A stretch of 60,920 bases of DNA from Gemmatimonadaceae bacterium (GTDB lineage Bacteria > Gemmatimonadota > Gemmatimonadetes > Gemmatimonadales > Gemmatimonadaceae). The notes beneath the pieces are model-generated. The model had not been told where the DNA came from and searched no databases. It saw only the letters and a list, made by a program, of their open reading frames with translations. The position numbers and the translations under genes were made by a program. Below, one piece after another: positions 1-10,022 of the stretch; the stretch's first letter is position 1; every line of letters starts with the position of its first letter. The DNA lies in the NCBI GenBank assembly GCA_044224875.1, contig JBGAJQ010000008.1:60064-120983 (forward strand), given 5' to 3'.

Positions 1-2
1 GC

Positions 3-857
3 ACGGTCCTCGCCTGGTGGCAGGCTGGCGCCATCGACTGGAGCATTTTCGGGATCTCGCTCGTCGGTCTCTTTCTACTCACCGACGGCACCTACGTCTC
101 CAACGAGTATTTCGACTACGAGAACGACCGGGCAAACTTCGATCGCATCGGAGGCGACGACAAGGTAGGCATCACCACCACGGGTGGCACACGCGTGCTG
201 GTGAAGGGACTCATTCCACGCCGCCAGGCCCTGCTCTTCTCCGTCGTGTGCTTTGCCGCCGCCATTCCATTCGGACTCTGGTTGCAACTGGGCAGACACA
301 CCGGCCCGCTCACCATCCCGCTGGGTGCACTGGGCATCTTCATCGGTTGGTTTTATACGGCGCCACCGATCCGCGCGGCGTATCGTGGACTGGGCGAGTT
401 GTTCATCGCCATCGGCCAGGGGTTGGTGATCTTTGCGGCTTACTACGTACAGCAGGGGTTCAGTTGGATGCCGCTGCTGGTCTCCCTTCCCTGGTTCGTC
501 GCCTTGCCGGCGTTGAAGCTGCTACGGGAGTTCCCGGACTTCGACGCCGACGAGTCCACCGGGAAGCGTGGGCTCGCCGTCGTCCTTGGCCGTGAGCGCG
601 CCGCCACCCTCTATGGGGCGATGGTGCTGGTGGCGCTCCTCCTGTTCGTGCCGGGCGCCGTGCTCACGCGCTCCTGGACGTACCTGTTGGCCGTAGTTCC
701 CGCGTGGCTGCTCGGTCGTAGCGCGGGCATCATGCTGAGCGGGGCGTGGCGCGAGAAGTCGCAGTTGGAGGCGGCCGCAGTGAGTGGATTCGCCGGGATG
801 CTGACGATCCCCCTCACACTCACCGCAGCGTTCGTCATCCAGACACTAGTGCGTTAG
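3..857 (+). CDS. UbiA-family prenyltransferase (MenA-like), 5'-truncated by window edge
   Basis: The frame of ORF 195..857 is open back to position 3. It contains the Asp-rich motifs NEYFDYEND and EFPDFDADESTGKR, plus YTAPP...YRGLGE, and many TM segments, as in MenA/UbiA. Confidence 0.8.
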   Translation, partial: TVLAWWQAGAIDWSIFGISLVGLFLLTDGTYVSNEYFDYENDRANFDRIGGDDKVGITTTGGTRVLVKGLIPRRQALLFSVVCFAAAIPFGLWLQLGRHTGPLTIPLGALGIFIGWFYTAPPIRAAYRGLGELFIAIGQGLVIFAAYYVQQGFSWMPLLVSLPWFVALPALKLLREFPDFDADESTGKRGLAVVLGRERAATLYGAMVLVALLLFVPGAVLTRSWTYLLAVVPAWLLGRSAGIMLSGAWREKSQLEAAAVSGFAGMLTIPLTLTAAFVIQTLVR

Positions 858-1087
858 GCGGCTAAAGAGCCCATCGACATCAGGCGCCCGTTGGAGTTTG
901 CATCCCCACGGGCGCCGGAATCTTGTGGGGAGGACGTCCCCGAGGATGTGGAATCACCAGCCGCATTACGTCGAAGTCTGGCCGCTCCAGGACTTCGCCG
1001 TCGCGAAGAAATTGCTGGTAACGGCGAGACATGGACTCGCGGACGGCACAGAACGATCATGTCCGGCGCGACCTCCCGCCCGTTGGG

Positions 1088-1771
1088 TCAGCTCTTGAAC
1101 AGCGCCGGAAATGCCTGCTTCAAGTGCTCGATCTTCGGCGCGTCATTGTAGACGATGTACGGCTGGTCCGGATGATGCGCCATGTAGTCCTGATGGTACG
1201 CCTCGGCGGGATAGAATGCGCCGAGTGAAAGGACTTGGGTGACGATCGGCCGCTTGAAGGTCTTGGCGTTGGTCAGCTGTGCGATGTATGCATCGATCGC
1301 TTTCTTCTCTTCGTCATTCTGGTAGAAAGCAATCGAGCGGTACTGCGTGCCGACGTCGGGCCCCTGGCGATTGAGCTGCGTCGGGTCATGCGCCACCGCG
1401 AAGAACACTTGCAGCAGCTGTTCATAGCTGATCACCGACGGATCATACACGACACGCACAGACTCGGCGTGCCCAGTGTCGCCTGACGAGACGTCCTCGT
1501 AACTCGGCGACTTTGCCTTGCCGCCGGCATATCCTGAGACGGCTTCCTTGACCCCCTTCAGGTGTTCGAACACCGCCTCGATGCCCCAGAAGCAGCCGCC
1601 GGCGAAATAGGCGATGCGCTCACCAGCAACAGCTTCAACGCCATGACCGGTGAGTGGCGCCGGTAGGGTGACCGCCGGCATGCTGGCGCTCGGAGCCGTG
1701 TGAATGGCAACGGTGAGGGCGGCAGCCAGACTGCCGCCTAGGAACACGGTTTTGGCAAGGGTCGTGAGCAC
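1088..1771 (-). CDS. msrA: Peptide-methionine (S)-S-oxide reductase with N-terminal signal-like segment
   Basis: FAGGCFWG, GHAE, DPTQLNRQGPDVGTQYRS and AEAYHQDY motifs. GTG start at 1771 chosen because GGAGG lies just upstream. Confidence 0.95.
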   Translation of the reverse strand: MLTTLAKTVFLGGSLAAALTVAIHTAPSASMPAVTLPAPLTGHGVEAVAGERIAYFAGGCFWGIEAVFEHLKGVKEAVSGYAGGKAKSPSYEDVSSGDTGHAESVRVVYDPSVISYEQLLQVFFAVAHDPTQLNRQGPDVGTQYRSIAFYQNDEEKKAIDAYIAQLTNAKTFKRPIVTQVLSLGAFYPAEAYHQDYMAHHPDQPYIVYNDAPKIEHLKQAFPALFKS

Positions 1772-1962
1772 GGGCTTCCTCCAAGGGGACGACACGCTAC
1801 GCTCTCGCCTGACAAAGCCGTGCGCATCCGCGATGGTTCCAACAGTGCTGGCGCGGGCTGGGTGGTGGCATGGGCTCCTATCTCGCCAAGCCGCGGTCAA
1901 CGGTGCACCATTCGCCGAGCCGATCCGTTCCTAGACTGCTCCCTCCAGACCGGAGTGCACGT

Positions 1963-3231
1963 TTGACCACAACGAGCGCAACCACACCGTGGTACCGGGA
2001 CATCACGCGCGAACAGTGGCGGGTGCTCATCGCCGCCAAGCTCGGGTGGATGCTCGATGCCATGGACTTCTTGCTTTATGTGATGGCGATCGGCCGACTG
2101 AAGGCCGCGTTCGGGTTTGATGACGCGACCGCTGGTCTGTTGGGCACCGTCACACTCCTGATGTCCGCGGCAGGCGGGATCTTCTTTGGCGTGGTAGCCG
2201 ACCGTGTGGGCCGCGCCCGGGCGTTGACGACAACTATCCTCATCTTCTCCCTCTGTTCGTTAGGTGCGGCGACCTCCCAAAGCGTGCGGCAGCTCATGTT
2301 CTGGCGAGTGATCCTGGGCATCGGGATGGGCGGTGAGTGGGCGTCCGGAGCGGTGCTGGTGAGCGAGACGTGGCCCGCGGCGCATCGGACCAAGGCGATC
2401 GGCATCATGCAATCCGGCTGGGCCCTCGGGTACATCCTTGCGGCACTCCTGGCGGCGCTGGTACTCGACGTTTTGCCGTTAGGCGCCGACGCCTGGCGCT
2501 GGCTCTTTGTGCTGGGTGTCTTGCCGGCGTTGGTCACCATCTGGATCCGGCGACAGGTGCCGGAGCCGCCCGCGTGGCGGCAACGCGCCGCGCAGCCGCG
2601 AGCCAACGCCAGCCCCTTTCGCGCCCTGTTCAGCCCCGAGTTGCGACGGCGGACCATCCTGGCCACGCTCCTTTCCGCGTGCGTGCAATTCGCGAACTGG
2701 GGGCTGTTCTTCTGGCTGCCGAGTTTCCTGGCTACGCCCGTTGAACGTGGCGGCGCGGGTATGTCGATCGTTCGATCTGCCGGGTGGATCATCCCTACCC
2801 AGCTCGGGGCCTATGCGGGGTACCTGTCGTTCGGGTTCATCGCCGATCGGTTTGGACGGCGTCGCACCTTTATCGCGTATGTGCTCGTTGCGGCGATCCT
2901 GGTGCCGATCTACGGGCAGATGGCGCGCAGCCCGGGCGTCCTGTTGGCGTTAGGTCCCCTGCTCGGTTTCGTGGGGTACGGGTACTTCAGCCTGTTCGGT
3001 TCGTTTCTCGCGGAGTTGTTCCCGACGGCGATACGCGCCACCGGGCAGGGGTTGACGTACAACCTGGGGCGCGGGTTGGGGGCACTGGCGCCGTACACGA
3101 TCGGCTACCTGGCGACGTTGCCGAGGGTTGGAATTGGGAGTGCCCTGGCGGTGACGTCGGCGTTTTTTGGGTTGGGTGCTCTGCTGATCTTGGCGTTTCC
3201 GGAGCGGAGTGGGAGGGCGCTGGAGGCCTAA
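1963..3231 (+). CDS. MFS transporter (aromatic acid/SHS-like)
   Basis: GWMLDAMD, ADRVGRAR and ADRFGRRR MFS motifs, GIGMGGEW, ELFPTAIRATGQG, about 12 TM segments. Start (TTG 1963) is uncertain. Confidence 0.9.
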   Translation: MTTTSATTPWYRDITREQWRVLIAAKLGWMLDAMDFLLYVMAIGRLKAAFGFDDATAGLLGTVTLLMSAAGGIFFGVVADRVGRARALTTTILIFSLCSLGAATSQSVRQLMFWRVILGIGMGGEWASGAVLVSETWPAAHRTKAIGIMQSGWALGYILAALLAALVLDVLPLGADAWRWLFVLGVLPALVTIWIRRQVPEPPAWRQRAAQPRANASPFRALFSPELRRRTILATLLSACVQFANWGLFFWLPSFLATPVERGGAGMSIVRSAGWIIPTQLGAYAGYLSFGFIADRFGRRRTFIAYVLVAAILVPIYGQMARSPGVLLALGPLLGFVGYGYFSLFGSFLAELFPTAIRATGQGLTYNLGRGLGALAPYTIGYLATLPRVGIGSALAVTSAFFGLGALLILAFPERSGRALEA

Positions 3232-3372
3232 GGGGTGTCCCGCCTATCGAGAGCGACAGACAAGTCCTGGCAGCTTCTATCGCTTGTCGAGCACCGAATC
3301 GAGATCGTCAGGGCATGCAGGTGTCGACCACCTCGGACACGTCCACACGCCGCGAGGAGCGCGCCCCAACCT

Positions 3373-3714
3373 TTACGGCAGACGGCGGAAGAAGTAGTCG
3401 CAGCGCCCGGTCGGACAGAACCACTTTGTCTTGTCGTTTACCGGCGCCCTGATCCCAGCCGATGTCACGTAGCTCGTCTCGACGCGCGCCGACGATAGCC
3501 GCATGAAAATCGTGTCGAACGCGGCCTGATAGGAATACGAACTGTCGCCGCCGTTCTCGAGGAATGTGCCATCGGACAGCGAATCCCGGTACATGTAGAT
3601 CTGCCGGAACAGTCCGTTCGCGATGATCACGGTGTCATACCATATGTAGTAGCGCTGACTAGTGCTGGTGAGCGCGATGACGGGCATCTGGCGGCCGCCG
3701 ACCAGGTCCAACAC
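3373..3714 (-). CDS. Hypothetical protein (possibly 5'-broken)
   Basis: 113-aa ORF with protein-like composition (Tyr/Phe-rich, not Arg/Pro shadow-like). An in-frame stop lies just upstream. No family recognised. Confidence 0.35.
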   Translation of the reverse strand: MLDLVGGRQMPVIALTSTSQRYYIWYDTVIIANGLFRQIYMYRDSLSDGTFLENGGDSSYSYQAAFDTIFMRLSSARVETSYVTSAGIRAPVNDKTKWFCPTGRCDYFFRRLP

Positions 3715-3791
3715 GTAGCGCCCCCACGTTCTCGCGGCCGACGCGGGCGGGCATCACTAGCGCCGCTAGCAAGTCGTCACTATGCTGAGTT

Positions 3792-4957
3792 ATGGCTAAA
3801 CGCTGGCGAATCACCCTGTCGATTGTGGCGTGTGCGTGTGGCGGTGCAAGCGAGAGGGTGGACGCGCCACCCGTGGACCCGCCAGTCGTTAACCCAGCTG
3901 CGTTCGTGAGCGTCACCGGACCGCTGCAGCGCTTTGGCCGAGTCGACGGCCTGTACTATGAATGCGCGTACGAATGGACGGCGCGAGTGACTGGCGATCC
4001 CGGCGGTGTTCTCTACTGGGCAGGCGTTGAAGTCGAGGTTACCACCAAGCGGGGGAAGGACCAGAGCACGGCTGGACCGGAGTTTCTCACATCGGTGTTT
4101 GGCCGAGACCACCTTTCGGTTGGCGACTCGGCGCGTGGAGTGGCTCGGATCGCCGCGCTTCAGGTGTTGTACGACGCTCCCGATCCTGTGCCCCACGTCG
4201 CACGGGTGGGGATCCGTTATACGCAGAAACCACCAGGTCAAACGGCAGCAAGGGTGCTCTCACCGTGGTCACATCCGACTGCGTCGAACCGCCGACGCGC
4301 TCGGTGGCCTTCACGGTCCTCGACTCTGCGACGAGGCGCCGATTTGAGACCTACATACGCTGGCGAACCCCGCGTCTTGGCTCGCGATCGCTGGGAGGCG
4401 TGCTTCCCGACACTGCGGGCGTCGTGCGCTACTCAGTAACGGATTCGGACGACGTGCTCCTCCGCTACTTTCATCCCTCATGGGAGCAGCGAGAGGACAC
4501 GATCGCTCCAGGTGCATCGCCGCGCGATACCGTATTCCTCGGTCGTCGGGCGCCGATCGTCGATTCGATGGCCAGATCGCCAAGCGCCGGCGACACTGAC
4601 ATCGTGTCCGCACTGGTCTCTCATGCTTCCGCCGGTACGGAGCTTCCCATCATAGCAACCGCGGTGGAGATGGGTCCGACACCGTGTTCACAGCCAGACT
4701 CCGCTCGGTCTACCGGTAGCTCGCTGGTCGATGGTTCACACCGGCGATACTTGTTCAAGATCCGTCCGTGCACCACCGCCGTGTGGGTGTATGTCGTCGA
4801 TGCGGGCCAACACCTCGGTAGGTTCTTCTGCTCACACGGGGACCCAGAAGCATGGAGCTGTCGCGAAGAACTGGCAGGCCCCCTGCCGCTTCCTCCGCAC
4901 GTTCGGTCGCCTAGGGAGCTGCCGGCGCTTAGGCTCCTGCCCGGCCACACGAGCTGA
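3792..4957 (+). pseudogene. Putative lipoprotein split by one frameshift near 4260
   Basis: ORF 3792..4439 starts with a lipoprotein-like signal (MAKRWRITLSIVACAC) and turns Arg/Pro-rich after ...AARVLS. ORF 4265..4957 continues with protein-like sequence from that point. Confidence 0.5.
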
Positions 4958-5069
4958 TCCGCCGGCGTCGAGAAGCGACGACGACACAACCGGCCGGGTG
5001 CGTGCCTCAAACGCGCGGCTTGGACTCCGCTGGATCTGCGCTCTTGGACGGCTCGGCGTAGCGCCACGC

Positions 5070-5930
5070 CTAACGACGCACTCGTATCAGCCCCTCCTGG
5101 GCGACCGACGCCACCAACACACCGTCACGCGTGTAGATGCCCCCACGCGCGAAACCCCGCGCCCCCCACGCAATCGGGCTGTCCATGGCATACAACAACC
5201 ACTCGTCCGCGCGAAATGGGCGATGCAGCCACAACGAATGGTCCAGCGATGCGAGCTGCAGGTTGGGCGAACCAAACGACAACCCGTGTGGCTGGAGCGC
5301 GGTCGTCAGCAAGCGGTAGTCCGAGGCGTAGGCCAGCACGGCCTGGTGTGTCAACGTATCGTCCGGCAACCGGTCGATCGCGCGAAACCACACCTGCCGC
5401 ACCGGCGCCTCGCGGACGGGCCGCAACGGGTTGGAAGGGACCACGGGCCGGAAGTCGAGCGGACGGTCCTGCGTCAGCACGGGACGCAGCGCCGCTGGGA
5501 TCTTGTCGGCCATCTGCCGAATCATGTCGAGTTCGGGCGTCAGGCCCTCCGGCGGTGGAGCTGACGGATGCTCCGCCTGGTGCTCGAGACCCTGCTCGTG
5601 GACGTGGAACGACGCCGACAGGTTGAAGATGGCCTGACCGTGCTGGATCGCGGTGACGCGGCGTGTGGTGAAGCTGTTGCCGTCCCGCAGCCGGTCCACG
5701 AAGTACACGATCGGCGCGCTCAGGTCGCCGGGGAGGATGAAGTACCCGTGGACGGAGTGCGCCTCGCGCGGGCCCTCGACCGTCCGCCGGGCGGCCACCA
5801 GCGCCTGCGCGAACACCTGACCGCCGAAGACGCGGCCGGAGCCCAGGTCGCGATTGGTGCCGCGATAGATGTTGACCTCGAGAGGCTCGAGGTCCAGCAG
5901 GGAGATGAGTTCGTCGAGTGGGCCGGGCAT
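5070..5930 (-). CDS. tesB: Acyl-CoA thioesterase II
   Basis: VFGGQVFAQAL, SVHGYFILPGD, LRDGNSFTTRRV, LAYASD, ASLDHSLWLH and SVAQEGLIR motifs. Confidence 0.95.
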   Translation of the reverse strand: MPGPLDELISLLDLEPLEVNIYRGTNRDLGSGRVFGGQVFAQALVAARRTVEGPREAHSVHGYFILPGDLSAPIVYFVDRLRDGNSFTTRRVTAIQHGQAIFNLSASFHVHEQGLEHQAEHPSAPPPEGLTPELDMIRQMADKIPAALRPVLTQDRPLDFRPVVPSNPLRPVREAPVRQVWFRAIDRLPDDTLTHQAVLAYASDYRLLTTALQPHGLSFGSPNLQLASLDHSLWLHRPFRADEWLLYAMDSPIAWGARGFARGGIYTRDGVLVASVAQEGLIRVRR

Positions 5931-6028
5931 GGTGAAGAATGGTTACGACGGAATAGGCACGGTGCCCGTTCACGATGCGGGACGCGAGTCTAGGCGGTAA
6001 GCTAAGGCACACTCGATCGGAGAACGTC

Positions 6029-6640
6029 ATGCACATGGCTCGATCTTCTGCCTCGCCCAACGTCACACGCTGGCTTCTGACCTCCCTGTGGTGCACCGCC
6101 ATGCTGCTCGCCGCGCGGCTGGACGCGCAGGAACCGCCGACGACGGTCATGGTGAAGCGCTTTGCCGAGGCACTGGACGGCTACCGCACGGGGAAGCCGC
6201 TCTACGTCGTACTGAGTGGGGACCCCCTGAATCCTCCGGTGGGTGCGTTCCCGGACCTGCGGACCGCCACCGAATTCGCCAGGAAGCTGGGACGCGGAGC
6301 GCGCGTCATGGGGCCGGGTCTCACCCTATCAGAGCCAGGCGACGGCATCGCCGCCTGTATTCATGGGGGCGACTCACGCTGGTTCACGGATCGCTGCGTG
6401 CCGCCGGGCAACTTCACGGCCAGGACAGACATTCGTAGCATGACGCTACAGATCACGCGCAAGGACGGGAGCCGTGACTCCATTCCCGTTCCCGTAGACG
6501 CCGATGCGTTGTTCCTGTCGGCAGCGGCGGTCGACAAGTTCGCCGTGCCATATTACGTGCGCGTGATTGGTCTGGAGGCAACGCAAGCAATGCGTTCTGC
6601 CGCGGTTCGGGGATTCGTTCGCGAAGCGCGCAAGCCGTAG
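6029..6640 (+). CDS. Hypothetical secreted protein
   Basis: Signal-peptide-like N-terminus ending ...ARLDA-QE. A Cys pair in the mature part. Convergent with the kinase gene. Confidence 0.65.
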   Translation: MHMARSSASPNVTRWLLTSLWCTAMLLAARLDAQEPPTTVMVKRFAEALDGYRTGKPLYVVLSGDPLNPPVGAFPDLRTATEFARKLGRGARVMGPGLTLSEPGDGIAACIHGGDSRWFTDRCVPPGNFTARTDIRSMTLQITRKDGSRDSIPVPVDADALFLSAAAVDKFAVPYYVRVIGLEATQAMRSAAVRGFVREARKP

Positions 6641-6647
6641 CATCGAT

Positions 6648-9392
6648 CTACGGATGAAAGACATCCGCCGCTCGAGGATCGCTCGCCAGCTGACGGAACC
6701 ACGGCGAGCGAGCGATCCTCAACCGCTCCCGTGGTTGCTCGCGCACCAGGCGGCTAAGAATCTCCGACGCTTGTGCACGGTCGCCTAACAAGAGTGTGAC
6801 ATACGCTTCGGCCGCGCGTGCCGGTTCGCGCGAAGGGTCGGCGAGCACGCCGGCGCGCGTCGATGTGAGCATGGAACGCGCCGAGTCCGTCAACCCCGCG
6901 CGCGCAGCGACGGCGGCAATCAGGAAGCGCGCGTACGCCCACTGGGAGGCATAGACGTTTGCCAGGGCGCTCCCTTCGAGCCTCGCCAGCTCATCCCATG
7001 CGGCTCGTACGTCCGCTGGCGAGCGACCTCGCCATCCCAGCAAGGTAAGCCGACACGAGGCGAATCGCGGTCCCTCCGCATATCGCGTCGCACCCAGCTC
7101 GCACCACCGGGCCGCGTCGTCGTACCGTTCGGCATAGAGTGACACGACAAACAGCAGCTCGACGACGTCCACGACCTCGGTGAGATAGGCGTCCCCTTCG
7201 TAGGCGTTCTGTAGTGCCTGCAGAGCCTCGGGGAACCGGCCGGTGGCATTCAGGACTTCGCCGAGCGCGTACCAGGAGCGCGCGTCATCGGGTCGCTCGT
7301 CCAGGGCAGCGCGCAGGTCGGCTTCCGACAGCCGCAACAGTGTGTCGGCCCCGGTGTTGGGTCCAAGGGTGCCGAGCAACTGCCGGGCGTAGCCGCGGAG
7401 GGCCAGCGCTCGCGCCCCGGCTCCGATGCGCAGCGCGGCGTCGGCGTACGCCACGGCTCGACGGATCATTGGCGCGGAAGGCTCCGTGACCGGTGCCGAG
7501 GAGGTAGCGATCATCGACAGTTGCAACGCTGCGTGTCCTCGCAACACCATCGGTACACTCCAGCGCGCATCCAATCGCTGGGCCGCGGCGTACAACGAGT
7601 CGGAGCGCCCCAACAGGTCCCGCGCCTCGGCTTCTCGAAACACCGCCGACGCGCGCGCGCCCTGGCGCGACAACTCCTGCGCGCGCTGTACCGCCTCCCA
7701 CGCCGCGAGCGAACGTGTCTGCTGCCGCTCCTCCGTCAGCGTCACTTCCTGCCCAAGCCGGCGCCGGAGGAATTCTGCGACCTGGGTTGCGACGCCTTGC
7801 CGAAGCGTCAGTGCCTCCGATCGGGGCACCTCCAGTGTGCGCGTATCCATCTGCTCGCCCGTTCGCGGATCCAGCAGCCGCACGCTGGCTCGCACCACCT
7901 GGGCCGACGCGCTCAGGCTCCCGCCAACCACTGTTCCCACCTGCAACAGTCGCCCGATGCTGTCGATGGGTGGCGGCCGATCGCGGAGCGGCCGAACTCC
8001 GTTCGGCGAGATGAGGCGCAACCCACGCACCTGACTCAATGCATCGATCAGGTCCTCCGTGAGCCCATCGGCAATCCGGCCGACCTCTTCGTCTCCGGAG
8101 AGGTTGTCGAAGTAGAGCACCGCGATGCGACGCAGGTCTGGTGTTCCCGGCGCAGTCGCGGCGACGGTTGATGCTGGCGGCGCGCTGACATTCTGGCGAC
8201 GCACCCACCAGGCGCCCACGAGCAGGATTGCGAGGCCCAACGCAATTCCGACCGGACGAGAAATCGCGCGCGGCCGTCTGGCTTTCCCGGTGGCGGCGCT
8301 GGCCAGCGCACGCGCAAACTCGCCCGCCGACGCGAATCGGTCGGCGGGCTGCTTGGCGAGGGCCTTGGAGAGCACCTCCGACACACCCACGGGGACGGCG
8401 GGCCGCAGGATCGACAGGTCCGGCACCGGGGCATGGAGATGCTTCGACCGCACCGCGTACGGGGTCACACTCGGATACGGGGCCTCGCCGGCGAGCATCT
8501 CGTACACCACACAGCCTAACGAATAGACATCGCTGCGACCGTCAACGTCAGCGTTCCCCAGCGCTTGCTCGGGGCTCATGTACATCGGAGTTCCCACGGC
8601 GACGCCAAGCTCCGTCACACGCGAGTCGGCCGGCGCTTCGAGCGCCAGCGCGATGCCGAAGTCCGCCACCAAGGCGTGACCGCCACGCAACAGCACGTTC
8701 TGCGGCTTGATGTCACGATGCACGATGCCGCCCGCGTGGGCGGCGTCCAACGCCTCGGCCATGTCCCGCGTGAGGGAGACCACATCGTCCATGGCCAACG
8801 CCCCTTCGCGATCCAGTCGTTGCCGGAGCGACTCCCCCTCGATGTACGGCATCACATAGTACGGCGAACCGCCAGCTTCACCGGAATCCAGCAGCGGAAC
8901 GATGTATGGATGTTGAAGCTGTGCGGCGATCGCAATCTCGCGTTGGAAGCGCACTCGGTGCCCTTCGGTCGACAGGCCGGCCCGGATCACCTTGATCGCC
9001 ACGTCGCGACCATGGCGCAGGTCATGGGCCAGGTACACCACGGCGTGCCCGCCGCGGCCGATCTCGCGCTCGAACTCATAGGCCGACGCGAGCGCCTGGA
9101 CCACGTCGTCGGCCGGCAAGGGGGAACGTTCGGCATCCACGTCGTCGACGCGGCGCAGCAACGGTTCCGCGTAGTCGGCGGCGGGTGACGCCAGGAAGTC
9201 CTCGCCAGCCTCAACGCGCTGGCAGGCGGCGATCATCGCATCAGCGGCTTGTCGCAGCGCGGGATCAGTATCGCAGGCGTGATCCAGATATGCGATCCGG
9301 TCCGACGCTGAAAGCTCGAGGGCGTGGTCCACCAACGCCAACAGCCGCCGTTCCTCCTCCACCGATCGGGGTTGGCCCGGCGGCTCGCTCAT
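6648..9392 (-). CDS. Membrane Ser/Thr protein kinase with TolB-N-like and TPR extracytoplasmic region
   Basis: IGRGGHAVVY, VAIK, HRDIKPQN, DFGIA, GTPMYMSPEQ and DVYSLG motifs, one TM helix, IAVLYFDN...GLTEDLIDAL, then Ala-rich TPR-like helices. Confidence 0.95.
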   Translation of the reverse strand: MSEPPGQPRSVEEERRLLALVDHALELSASDRIAYLDHACDTDPALRQAADAMIAACQRVEAGEDFLASPAADYAEPLLRRVDDVDAERSPLPADDVVQALASAYEFEREIGRGGHAVVYLAHDLRHGRDVAIKVIRAGLSTEGHRVRFQREIAIAAQLQHPYIVPLLDSGEAGGSPYYVMPYIEGESLRQRLDREGALAMDDVVSLTRDMAEALDAAHAGGIVHRDIKPQNVLLRGGHALVADFGIALALEAPADSRVTELGVAVGTPMYMSPEQALGNADVDGRSDVYSLGCVVYEMLAGEAPYPSVTPYAVRSKHLHAPVPDLSILRPAVPVGVSEVLSKALAKQPADRFASAGEFARALASAATGKARRPRAISRPVGIALGLAILLVGAWWVRRQNVSAPPASTVAATAPGTPDLRRIAVLYFDNLSGDEEVGRIADGLTEDLIDALSQVRGLRLISPNGVRPLRDRPPPIDSIGRLLQVGTVVGGSLSASAQVVRASVRLLDPRTGEQMDTRTLEVPRSEALTLRQGVATQVAEFLRRRLGQEVTLTEERQQTRSLAAWEAVQRAQELSRQGARASAVFREAEARDLLGRSDSLYAAAQRLDARWSVPMVLRGHAALQLSMIATSSAPVTEPSAPMIRRAVAYADAALRIGAGARALALRGYARQLLGTLGPNTGADTLLRLSEADLRAALDERPDDARSWYALGEVLNATGRFPEALQALQNAYEGDAYLTEVVDVVELLFVVSLYAERYDDAARWCELGATRYAEGPRFASCRLTLLGWRGRSPADVRAAWDELARLEGSALANVYASQWAYARFLIAAVAARAGLTDSARSMLTSTRAGVLADPSREPARAAEAYVTLLLGDRAQASEILSRLVREQPRERLRIARSPWFRQLASDPRAADVFHP

Positions 9393-9400
9393 GTCGCCAC

Positions 9401-10012
9401 TCAGCCGCCAGTCACCGAGTCGTCCAGATGCGTGAGCAACCACCCCCGCGCGCGGACCCAGTCACGAGCCACGGTACGCGGCGTGACACCCAACAGCTCC
9501 GCGGTCTCCGCCTCGGTCATCCCGGCAAAGAACCGATACTCCACCACACGCGCCAACCGTTCGTCGATCCCCGCCAGCTGCGTCAACGCCTCGTCCAACG
9601 CCATGAGCAGGTCCGCGCGTTCGGCGACACCTGCCGATGACGGCGAAGCCAAGGCGGCGCCCGACGCTTCCAGCGCGGAAAGCGACACAGGTTGCTGCGC
9701 CGTAGGCCGCTTGAGTGCACGCGCCCGACGCGCGTAGTCCACCAGAATCCGGCGCATCGCGCGAGCGGCCAACGCAAAGAAATGCTGGCGATTGCCGAAC
9801 GCGTCGCCACGCTGTGACGCCAACTTCAAGTACGTCTCGTGAACCAGCGCCGTCGTGTTCAACGTGTGACCCGGCGCCTCCGACCGCAAACGCCGATGCG
9901 CCAAACGTCGCAACTCGGCGTACACGGTCGAAAAGAGCTTATCCAGCTCTCGCGGAGCACCGGCTCCGGTGGTCGATGCGCCTTCGGCGTCGGGGGATGG
10001 GGAGTCGATCAT
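9401..10012 (-). CDS. ECF sigma factor, STK-associated type (TIGR02999-like)
   Basis: VYAELRRLA, HTLNTTALVHETYLKL, HFFALAARAMRRILVDYAR and TVARDWVRARGWL. Lies 8 bp upstream of the kinase. Confidence 0.92.
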   Translation of the reverse strand: MIDSPSPDAEGASTTGAGAPRELDKLFSTVYAELRRLAHRRLRSEAPGHTLNTTALVHETYLKLASQRGDAFGNRQHFFALAARAMRRILVDYARRARALKRPTAQQPVSLSALEASGAALASPSSAGVAERADLLMALDEALTQLAGIDERLARVVEYRFFAGMTEAETAELLGVTPRTVARDWVRARGWLLTHLDDSVTGG

Positions 10013-10022
10013 CAATCCAGCG

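Noticed and set aside
880..1032. 50-codon minus-strand ORF (MSRRYQQFLRDGEV...) between the menA-like gene and msrA
   Set aside because: No clear RBS or recognisable motif, so it cannot be supported.
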